26,675 bases of DNA from a virus (taxonomy: Duplodnaviria; Caudoviricetes). This document shows positions 10,430 to 16,981 of the stretch, in pieces. Position numbers and translations under genes: made by a program. The stretch covers positions 1 through 26,675 of IMG/VR virus record IMGVR_UViG_3300042549_001726; one strand, written 5' to 3'. The first letter of the stretch is position 1. Each line of letters starts with the position of its first letter. Under the pieces are notes generated by a model. It saw only the letters and a list, made by a program, of their open reading frames with translations. It was not told the DNA's origin and did no database searches.

Positions 10430-10750
10430 GTGGACAAAGAGTGGGTTATGGCTTATAAGCATGATATAGACAAAATGTCTCCTTGGACAGAGGTTAAGGT
10501 AAGATGGAGAGATGCATACAGTCCAGCGTCAGGCTGGCATGACACGGAAGATTATGAACCGATGGACAGTATTGCGACTACGACTGGTAGGCTATGGGTT
10601 GGATGTCAGGAGCATTACATTACTATTGTTGGTACTATCTTTGAGTCTGAGTTACCTAATCCCGAAACCGTTGGGGACATTAACCATATACCTATTGATT
10701 GGGTTTTGGATATTGAAGTCCTACCAGTTTCACAAGCGTACAAGGAATAA
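10430..10750 (+). CDS. Hypothetical phage protein (V.V.W.DA....GW type); start may be ATG 10448
   Basis: 106-aa ORF with a recurrent phage small beta-protein pattern: VKVRWRDA...GW...TTGRL...IP..WV..I..L. Confidence 0.7.
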   Translation: MDKEWVMAYKHDIDKMSPWTEVKVRWRDAYSPASGWHDTEDYEPMDSIATTTGRLWVGCQEHYITIVGTIFESELPNPETVGDINHIPIDWVLDIEVLPVSQAYKE

Positions 10751-10756
10751 ACCAAA

Positions 10757-10924
10757 ATGAAAAAAGGCATGGACAAACCAGTCTGGGAAAAGAAAAACCC
10801 AAACAAGAAATCTAAACCATTGTCCCCCGCACAAAAGGCACTGGCTAAAGCCCGTGCCAAAAAGGCAGGGCGACCATACCCCAACCTTGTTGACAACATG
10901 GCAGCCTCACGAAAGAAAAAGTAA
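10757..10924 (+). CDS. 55-aa basic phage protein (not in the ORF track)
   Basis: MKKGMDKPVWEKKNPNKKSKPLSPAQKALAKARAKKAGRPYPNLVDNMAASRKKK; AAGGA upstream; TAATG overlap with the next gene. Confidence 0.8.
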   Translation: MKKGMDKPVWEKKNPNKKSKPLSPAQKALAKARAKKAGRPYPNLVDNMAASRKKK

Positions 10925-11202
10925 TGCCAAACATTAAACGAGGGTCAGAAACATTCAGCGGATACAACAAACCCAAAGCCACACCCAACCATCCCACCAA
11001 GTCACACGCTGTACTAGCCAAACAAGGTAGCACCACTAAACTAATAAGGTTCGGACAAAAAGGCGTATCAGGTTCACCCAAAAAAGCAGGCGAATCACCA
11101 GCATACGCAGCACGCCGCAAATCCTTCCAAGCCCGCCATGCAGCCAACATTGCCAAAGGCAAAATGTCTGCTGCATACTGGGCAAACAAAGTCAAATGGT
11201 AA
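10924..11202 (+). CDS. Conserved-type basic phage protein
   Basis: YNKPK.TP.HPTKSH.V.AK....KLIRFGQ.G...RRKSF.ARH......MSAAYWA.KVKW pattern. Confidence 0.85.
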   Translation: MPNIKRGSETFSGYNKPKATPNHPTKSHAVLAKQGSTTKLIRFGQKGVSGSPKKAGESPAYAARRKSFQARHAANIAKGKMSAAYWANKVKW

Positions 11203-11216
11203 ACCCCACAAACCTT

Positions 11217-11289
11217 TCTCCTCTAGCATAACTGGCAGTGCAACGGACTGTTAATCCGTCAAGTCTTGGTTCAACCCCAAGGGGGAGAG
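11217..11289 (+). tRNA. trnN: tRNA-Asn (anticodon GTT)
   Basis: Acceptor TCTCCTC/GGGGAGA, D arm GCAT-AACTGGCA-GTGC, anticodon arm ACGGA-CTGTTAA-TCCGT, T arm CTTGG-TTCAACC-CCAAG, discriminator G; CCA not encoded. Confidence 0.92.
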
Positions 11290-11700
11290 CAACACTAGGG
11301 GTATCCCACCCCCCTCCCAAACCCCCAAAAATAACGCATCGGCTCTGGACTGGTTAGTACTTAGACACATGCACCCCCGCACCCCCCCATGCCCCCCTAG
11401 CGCACAGGGAGTTAGCAGTGGGATAGTGTTGGTGGCATTGGATTATAGTCCGATTATGCACCCATAATCAGCCAAAAAATAGAATGCATTCATCGTGCAC
11501 GCCCATAACTGCGTACCGTGCGCATGTATGCGGCGCATGTATTTCCTGTGACACGAGAATGGTGCGCATTATGTGTGCGATTCGGCGCATGGGCAGGACG
11601 ATGGAATCGTCGTGATGGGGCGGTTGTAGGCAAGGCGAGGCAGTTTCTGGAAATTTTTTTTCCTATATGCAGCAAGGGTTTGAGAGTCAGTTTCGTTATG
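11290..11700. other. Non-coding C-tract / GCGCAT-repeat region, candidate genome terminus, packaging site or origin
   Basis: C3-C6-C3-C5 (11305-11326) and C5-C7-C6 (11374-11397) tracts; GCGCAT four times in 11519-11590; + strand switches from C/A-rich to G/T-rich. Confidence 0.45.
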
Positions 11701-11705
11701 GAGGG

Positions 11706-11735
11706 TTGACAAGTGATTCAGTGTCGGTCCATGAT
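11706..11735 (+). promoter_or_regulatory. Putative host sigma70-type early promoter
   Basis: TTGACA (11706-11711), 18-nt spacer, CATGAT (11730-11735), immediately before the structured leader. Confidence 0.5.
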
Positions 11736-11740
11736 ATTGG

Positions 11741-12165
11741 GGCAATTCGGCATTCCAACAGTGTCGGGTTGAGTTGTGGTCACAGGATGAGCCACAACGG
11801 ACTAGGTAGTGCTATCGGGATGATGCAGTTACCTAGCCCTAGCAATAGCGATGCGGTGCTTGCCACTGTCTGAGGTTCGTCTAGTACATTATATGATTTA
11901 ACAAGTTAAATGGTAATGCTGGGACAAGATTGGTTGTCCTAGTGTTATTGTTATGAACTTGTTCATACTGTTCACGGTATGCTTGCTGGCATGGCAGATA
12001 AGCGACAAACCTTAGGGTTTGTTGGGACTGTCCTTAATTCATGTCGTCAAGGCTTAGAGACACACCTCTTAATGGAGTTAAGAGGTGTGTAAGGGTGCAA
12101 TTCCCTTACCTTGTACCACTACTTTGTAGTGACCTTATCCCTATTTAATTTACTGGAGGTAAATT
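11741..12165 (+). ncRNA. Putative structured non-coding RNA / long 5' leader of the early operon
   Basis: Back-to-back stems: 11773-11798, 11802-11836, outer 11758-63/11864-69, 11892-11967, 12003-12024, 12060-12090, 12091-12107, 12117-12131. The many G-T oppositions pair only as + strand RNA. Confidence 0.6.
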
Positions 12166-12168
12166 ATG
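12146..12168 (+). promoter_or_regulatory. SD-in-loop hairpin, copy 1
   Basis: TAATTTAC-TGGAG-GTAAATTA, last A is the A of ATG. Confidence 0.85.
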
Positions 12169-12408
12169 GAAACAACAACAACCAACTTCCTATTGTTCCG
12201 TAAGGAAAAACTAGCCTTAGGCTGGAAAATTGCGGAGACTGTGGTTCATAAAGATGAACCAATTTTCGGCTTCAATGGCGAACAGATTGACTCTGTCAAT
12301 GTTGTTGACCATCACTTCGTTGATGGTGATGGTTCACCGATGGGTTGTTTTCAAGTTATTGAAAACGCTGTTGATGGTGACTTCATGGAGTTTGAGTGGG
12401 ACTTTTAG
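12166..12408 (+). CDS. Hypothetical acidic early protein
   Basis: 80-aa ORF with a strong GGAGGT SD. Confidence 0.75.
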   Translation: METTTTNFLLFRKEKLALGWKIAETVVHKDEPIFGFNGEQIDSVNVVDHHFVDGDGSPMGCFQVIENAVDGDFMEFEWDF

Positions 12409-12440
12409 TCCCTCTCATTGTCCTTAAAATACACACAATC

Positions 12441-12462
12441 AATTAACTGGAGGTTAATTATG
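12441..12462 (+). promoter_or_regulatory. SD-in-loop hairpin, copy 2
   Basis: AATTAAC-TGGAG-GTTAATT-ATG. Confidence 0.85.
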
Positions 12463-12648
12463 CAAACTGGAGATAAAGTAATCTTTACCTTAGGTAAGAG
12501 ACTAGGGCAAATTTGGGAAGTTGCTTGCAACAATGGGGACGATTTGGAACTTGTTCCAGTTGATTCCAACTCAAACATGCCACGACCAACTTTGTTGGTC
12601 AATAAATACATCGTCCGTCTTAACAACGAAGTTGAATCTCGTTACTAG
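12460..12648 (+). CDS. Hypothetical 62-aa early protein (SH3/KOW-like pattern)
   Basis: Start moved to ATG 12460 behind the SD; begins MQTGDKVIFT, beta-rich. Confidence 0.7.
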   Translation: MQTGDKVIFTLGKRLGQIWEVACNNGDDLELVPVDSNSNMPRPTLLVNKYIVRLNNEVESRY

Positions 12649-12669
12649 TAATTACTGGAGGTAATTATG
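12649..12669 (+). promoter_or_regulatory. SD-in-loop hairpin, copy 3
   Basis: TAATTAC-TGGAG-GTAATTA-TG. Confidence 0.85.
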
Positions 12670-12840
12670 TCAATGTCCCGTAAAAATTTTGAGGCTATTG
12701 CTGAAGCAATAAACAAAGCCAGTGAATGCGACAACACAGAGGAATTGCTTACCGTGTTGTTTCTTGAACTGTCCATGCATTTTCGTTCCGAAAATCCTCA
12801 ATTTGACAGTGAAAGATTCGCTAAGGCTTGTGGCTTCTAG
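12667..12840 (+). CDS. 57-aa phage protein with NP.FD..RF..ACG motif (not in the ORF track)
   Basis: MSMSRKNFEAIAEAINKASECDNTEELLTVLFLELSMHFRSENPQFDSERFAKACGF; strong SD; M.RK.F..IA...NP.FD..RF..AC is a recurrent small phage protein pattern. Confidence 0.85.
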   Translation: MSMSRKNFEAIAEAINKASECDNTEELLTVLFLELSMHFRSENPQFDSERFAKACGF

Positions 12841-12941
12841 CCACAACTTGGACAAACAATCTAAAGATACCACACTACATGTGGGAGGAACGAAGTGACT
12901 CCCACAGTAGTTGTGGTGACCATAACCCTAGCCCAACTTTA

Positions 12942-12965
12942 TAATTACTGGAGGTAATTACAATG
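12942..12965 (+). promoter_or_regulatory. SD-in-loop hairpin, copy 4
   Basis: TAATTAC-TGGAG-GTAATTA-CA-ATG. Confidence 0.85.
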
Positions 12966-14258
12966 GCAAATCCAAAACCAACCATCCTGAGTGTAGATAA
13001 ATCTACAAACCGAGTTACTTATTGTGACCATGTCGGGGTCACGAGAACCGATAGGTTCTCGTTTATGCCGAAGAATGGCAGAACTGCTGCTTTATCCTTT
13101 ATAGGATATAAGTTCACTGGTCGTCCTCCTATGCATTTCACTGATTATGAAATTGCTGAGGCTTGGACAACTGCTTTAGCAAATTACAATCCAACACCAA
13201 CTACTGAATCGGAGATTCCAGTGCCACCAACACCACAACCACAACCAAAGCCAGTTCCAAACACCACTTCTAGTGGTGGTATGGATGATTTTATGAAGCA
13301 ACTTATTGCTCAAGTTCTTGGGGACTTTGTCCCTGAGGTTGACGCTAGTAAGGTTGCCGAAATCGTAAACGATTCCATTAAGGAACCGCTTGAGATTATG
13401 GCTAAAGCCACTGCCGAAGTTGCCGACCTACGGTCTGCTGTTGACAGGCTTCGTCCGAAAGTTACTCATGTTACCCTTGGTAACAATGAGAGAAACGAAT
13501 TAGAGGGCATTCAGCATAACATGTTTGCTAAGGTACTTAGCACCATTAGCAGAGGTAACCATCTCTACCTTGTAGGTCCTGCTGGAACTGGTAAGTCAAC
13601 CATTGCAGAAAATGCTAGTCAAGCCTTAGGGCTTGGTTTCAGTAGCAAGTCTTGCTCTAGCCAGTCAACCGAGGCAAGTTTACTTGGTTATATGTCAGCC
13701 ACTGGTGGTTATGTCGGAACTTCATTCCGAACCGCTTATGAAACTGGTCAAGTATTTCTACTTGACGAAGTGGATAATGGTAACCCGAATATCCTCACTG
13801 TTCTTAACAGTGCTTTGTCCAACACTTTTATGTCCTTTCCTGATGGAATGGTGAGTCGTCACAAGAACTTTGTTCTTGTTGCTACTGCTAATACCTTTGG
13901 TAATGGTGCTACTGCTGAATATGTTGGTCGTAATGCTTTGGATAAAGCATTTCTTGACCGATTCGTTAGCCTGAACATTGATTATGATGCCGACATTGAA
14001 CAAGCAATGCTGGATTCTGTCAAGGGACTTGACGGTAACATCGGAACTCATTGGCTACAAGTAGTCCGTAAGGCTAGAGCCAATGTTTCAAACTATGGTT
14101 TGAAAGTTGTGGTTTCACCAAGAGCCACACTTGCTGGTGCCAAGTTGCTTTGCGACAAGGACATTTGGACTATGGCAGAAGTTATGGAATCTACGATTCT
14201 TGCTGGTGTCAAGGATGACCAAAAGGTCAAAATCATGGAAGGTATAACCCTCAAGTAG
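12963..14258 (+). CDS. MoxR/CobS-like AAA+ ATPase
   Basis: Walker A GPAGTGKS, Walker B FLLDEVD, ATANTFG.G...YVGRN.LD.AFLDRF, sensor-2 SPRA; N-terminal domain plus Pro-rich linker. Confidence 0.9.
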   Translation: MANPKPTILSVDKSTNRVTYCDHVGVTRTDRFSFMPKNGRTAALSFIGYKFTGRPPMHFTDYEIAEAWTTALANYNPTPTTESEIPVPPTPQPQPKPVPNTTSSGGMDDFMKQLIAQVLGDFVPEVDASKVAEIVNDSIKEPLEIMAKATAEVADLRSAVDRLRPKVTHVTLGNNERNELEGIQHNMFAKVLSTISRGNHLYLVGPAGTGKSTIAENASQALGLGFSSKSCSSQSTEASLLGYMSATGGYVGTSFRTAYETGQVFLLDEVDNGNPNILTVLNSALSNTFMSFPDGMVSRHKNFVLVATANTFGNGATAEYVGRNALDKAFLDRFVSLNIDYDADIEQAMLDSVKGLDGNIGTHWLQVVRKARANVSNYGLKVVVSPRATLAGAKLLCDKDIWTMAEVMESTILAGVKDDQKVKIMEGITLK

Positions 14259-14273
14259 AGGGTCATACTTTCT
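14242..14273 (+). terminator. Terminator-like hairpin spanning the AAA stop codon
   Basis: GTATAACCCTC-AAGTA-GAGGGTCATAC followed by TTTCT; the U-tract is short. Confidence 0.35.
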
Positions 14274-14290
14274 AATACAATCGCAACTAC

Positions 14291-14312
14291 AATTTACTGG
14301 AGGTAAATTATG
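14291..14312 (+). promoter_or_regulatory. SD-in-loop hairpin, copy 5
   Basis: AATTTAC-TGGAG-GTAAATT-ATG. Confidence 0.85.
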
Positions 14313-15158
14313 CAACCTAAAACATACACAACAAACAAAGTTCAGTTCACTGAATTTGACTCGCTAGGCGATTTCATTCGCTACGCCAAAGACAACCCGA
14401 CTCCTAAAGAGTCTAATCAAACCAAACGAGAATCGTTTAATTACACCGACAACCTAAGCGATGCTTGCAACCTTGCTTTGCATGGTTGGGATGAGATTCG
14501 TGCCGAAGTTGACGCTCAACTAGATGAACTAGTTGAACATATCAATGATGCATTCGGTGAATTTTATGTCTCCGAACATTCCACTAGTGGTGCTTTCGTT
14601 GACATGGGGCGATTCGTCACTGGTGAACCTGAATGCATGGTGTCGTTCGTTTCAGAACCACAAGCCCGAATGGGTCGTGTCGTCAAAATCGTTATGAACG
14701 CTGTAGTTAGTGGTCATATCAATGCCGACTTAATCAAAAAGCGTGGCATAGCCATTCTTGCTTTGGTTGACACAATCCATAAACTCGGCGTAGGTATTGA
14801 ATTATGGTGGGAAGAATCAATGACTGGCGGCAAGCAAGAGTTTTCAACTCTTGTCAAGTTGCATTCGTCAGAGGAACCTATGGACATTAACTCGTTAATG
14901 TTTGCATTGGCTCATCCTGACATGCTTCGCCGTTTGCAGTTCTCAGTGCAAGAGCAACATAAAGAATGGAAGGCTCAGGGTGCTTATATCGGTGGTGGCT
15001 ACGGTCACATTCACGATTTGTTCTCTCCTGCCAATTGTGATTATGATGTTACAGTTGAGAAACTACAAAATGGCAACCAAAAAATCGTTGCAGATACTCT
15101 GCAATGGGTATTATCAACAGTTCAAGGCTTAGGTCTTGTAGAGGAAGTAAACGCATAA
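14310..15158 (+). CDS. VWA/CobT-like partner of the AAA ATPase
   Basis: GAFVDMGRFVTGEPECM, then a VWA-like strand/helix pattern (VKIVMNAVVSG...RG.AI.ALVD.I...G..IEL), LAHPDMLRR, GYG; adjacent to a MoxR-type ATPase. Confidence 0.7.
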   Translation: MQPKTYTTNKVQFTEFDSLGDFIRYAKDNPTPKESNQTKRESFNYTDNLSDACNLALHGWDEIRAEVDAQLDELVEHINDAFGEFYVSEHSTSGAFVDMGRFVTGEPECMVSFVSEPQARMGRVVKIVMNAVVSGHINADLIKKRGIAILALVDTIHKLGVGIELWWEESMTGGKQEFSTLVKLHSSEEPMDINSLMFALAHPDMLRRLQFSVQEQHKEWKAQGAYIGGGYGHIHDLFSPANCDYDVTVEKLQNGNQKIVADTLQWVLSTVQGLGLVEEVNA

Positions 15159-15379
15159 TGATACAAGAATCACCAACATACATGGCATACAATGCCGACT
15201 TAGGAGGCTGGGCTTTCAGCCCCAGTTACATAACTGATGCTGATGTCGTTTACGACATTTCGCATTGGACATGGGAAAACATGTCAACCTTTATGACTTC
15301 CATACCTGAATCTTCCAAGATTGACTTCTTAGAAGCGAACGGTGTCCAAGTGGCTAAAAAGCCTGAAAACATTGGGTAA
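15158..15379 (+). CDS. Hypothetical protein
   Basis: Start moved to ATG 15158 (TAATG overlap); 73 aa. Confidence 0.65.
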   Translation: MIQESPTYMAYNADLGGWAFSPSYITDADVVYDISHWTWENMSTFMTSIPESSKIDFLEANGVQVAKKPENIG

Positions 15380-15381
15380 TT

Positions 15382-15609
15382 ATGAATTACCACAAAAATG
15401 ACCTCAGTGTATCCGCTGCCTGCCTAGTGCTTATGTCGTTCTTAATGTATTGTTCATATGCTGAACTTGCAGACATAACATTTTGGCAGTCAGGAATCAT
15501 ATCCATCGTGTTCAGTCTCGGTGTGATAGTGTTAATAGCCAAAGGCTGGTTAATGGCTGTCAAAGCAGTTATTGCCGACTACAAATTTCACAACAACAGA
15601 AAACCTTAG
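15382..15609 (+). CDS. Small two-TM membrane protein
   Basis: Two hydrophobic segments; closely packed in the operon. Confidence 0.65.
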   Translation: MNYHKNDLSVSAACLVLMSFLMYCSYAELADITFWQSGIISIVFSLGVIVLIAKGWLMAVKAVIADYKFHNNRKP

Positions 15610-15621
15610 GAGGTTTTAATC

Positions 15622-16014
15622 ATGAAAAAGCAAGACTTCATTTATGAATGTCCCCGATGTGGCTTAACGGTCAACATGTTTGAACAACGACTAGCATTAT
15701 CTAGATTAGATAATAAAACTGGTGTTTGTTCATTATGTGGTCAGGACGAAGCGTGGGAAGCGTTCACTCTTGGCAGAGTGATTGACTGGCGTACCACAGA
15801 GAAAGAGTACGAAGTAACTTTCACTAGGGAAATTGTTTACACAACTAAAGTGATGTTGCCTAGTTCTTACGACGACAACGACGACATTCATGGCATCATT
15901 ACAGACATGGTGCATGACAGTATTCAGAATGACAATAGTTTCTTCCTTGATGGATGTGCTATCGTTAATGAAGAATTTAATATCCCACAAGACATTGTGG
16001 TAGTCTCTAAATAA
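15622..16014 (+). CDS. Zinc-finger protein
   Basis: CPRCG...ALSR.DN.T.VCS.CG..EA phage Zn-finger pattern plus acidic C-terminal domain; AGGAGG SD inside an AAAACCT/AGGTTTT stem. Confidence 0.8.
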   Translation: MKKQDFIYECPRCGLTVNMFEQRLALSRLDNKTGVCSLCGQDEAWEAFTLGRVIDWRTTEKEYEVTFTREIVYTTKVMLPSSYDDNDDIHGIITDMVHDSIQNDNSFFLDGCAIVNEEFNIPQDIVVVSK

Positions 16015-16124
16015 ACAATCGTTGCCTTGTTGGTACAAGTATCCACAGACAGCAAGGCTACTTATCATGTCATGGGCTAAGAAAAAAAATTAGCCTGTGG
16101 CATGATGACCAGAACCCAAACAAT

Positions 16125-16145
16125 TAATAACTGGAGGTTATTATG
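16125..16145 (+). promoter_or_regulatory. SD-in-loop hairpin, copy 6
   Basis: TAATAAC-TGGAG-GTTATTA-TG. Confidence 0.85.
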
Positions 16146-16754
16146 TCAATTAAAATAGGAATGTTCCTACCGTGTGGTTCAGGAGTTGAACCCGAACCAA
16201 TCTTCATAGAAGATTATAATTCAATCCAAGACGCAATCGGTGGTCACTTTGATGTGGTCCGCCATGATGTCCACGACAACGGTGAACACAAAGGTGTCAT
16301 TGTTGGTTATGTCCATGATGAAGGCTTGTTGCTTGGTCAAGAAATGAACTTTCTTGCCACGAACTTGTTCAAGCGAAACCTAGTTGGTGATTGTGTGGTC
16401 CTTTGGGGTACTTCACCTAACGGTGCTTATGACGGTGATGATTACGACATGCCTGATTTTATGGTTGAATATATTCAATCCTCACTAGTTGAATCAACTA
16501 GCGAAGCGTACAATCAAAGCATGATGATGGGTATGGCAGTTAAATATGCTGTTAAGCATGGCTATATTTCATTGGATGGTGCCAAAGACATTGCCAATCG
16601 TTTGCATCAAGCATCGGTGCGTGGCAACAAAGAAGAAGTGGTATCCACTTGGAAAGAGATGGATGCACTTATCAAGTGGGTCGCTGAACATGCGGAAGAT
16701 AACTCATCAGACATGGATGAGTTCATTATGGAAATACTAGACGAGGAGGATTAA
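16143..16754 (+). CDS. DUF3846-like domain protein with helical C-terminal extension
   Basis: IQ.AIGG.F..V...YVHDEGLL.G...N.LAT.L.....VGD.VV.G pattern. Confidence 0.7.
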   Translation: MSIKIGMFLPCGSGVEPEPIFIEDYNSIQDAIGGHFDVVRHDVHDNGEHKGVIVGYVHDEGLLLGQEMNFLATNLFKRNLVGDCVVLWGTSPNGAYDGDDYDMPDFMVEYIQSSLVESTSEAYNQSMMMGMAVKYAVKHGYISLDGAKDIANRLHQASVRGNKEEVVSTWKEMDALIKWVAEHAEDNSSDMDEFIMEILDEED

Positions 16755-16981
16755 TGTCTATTAATCAAGTTAAACCAACAGTTAAAAAGAAACCAGTGAA
16801 GAAAGCGGGGAAGCGTAAGGCTTCCCCGCAACCCATGACATATAAATCAGGGATTTATGAATGCCCTAAATGTCACACAACGATTGAGATATTCGTGAAA
16901 ATGACATCACCACCTGCATGCCACAATCACTACCTCAAAGAGTTTGCGATTATGGCACCGAAGAAAAAGGTTAAGGAATGA
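16754..16981 (+). CDS. Small basic zinc-ribbon protein
   Basis: CPKC...C..H ligands; GAGGAGG SD; coupled on both sides. Confidence 0.7.
   Translation: MSINQVKPTVKKKPVKKAGKRKASPQPMTYKSGIYECPKCHTTIEIFVKMTSPPACHNHYLKEFAIMAPKKKVKE

Noticed and set aside
11490-11873. Short ORFs 11490-11675, 11518-11709 and 11667-11873
   Set aside because: No SD, atypical composition, mutually overlapping, and they lie over promoter and structured-RNA signals.
11741-12165. tmRNA, group I intron or a known self-cleaving ribozyme
   Set aside because: I could not find a tmRNA G3-U70 acceptor or tag ORF, group I P7 motifs or a hammerhead CUGANGA/GAAA core by eye; an Rfam scan is still needed.
12406-15609. TAG reassignment (alternative genetic code)
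   Set aside because: The TAGs are followed by new SD/ATG starts, and long conserved genes are uninterrupted under the standard code.
12146-16145. TGGAG hairpin repeats as a CRISPR or mini-array
   Set aside because: Copies are irregularly spaced, separated by whole genes and fixed to start codons; no cas operon. The Cas4-like nuclease sits in an ordinary phage recombination context.
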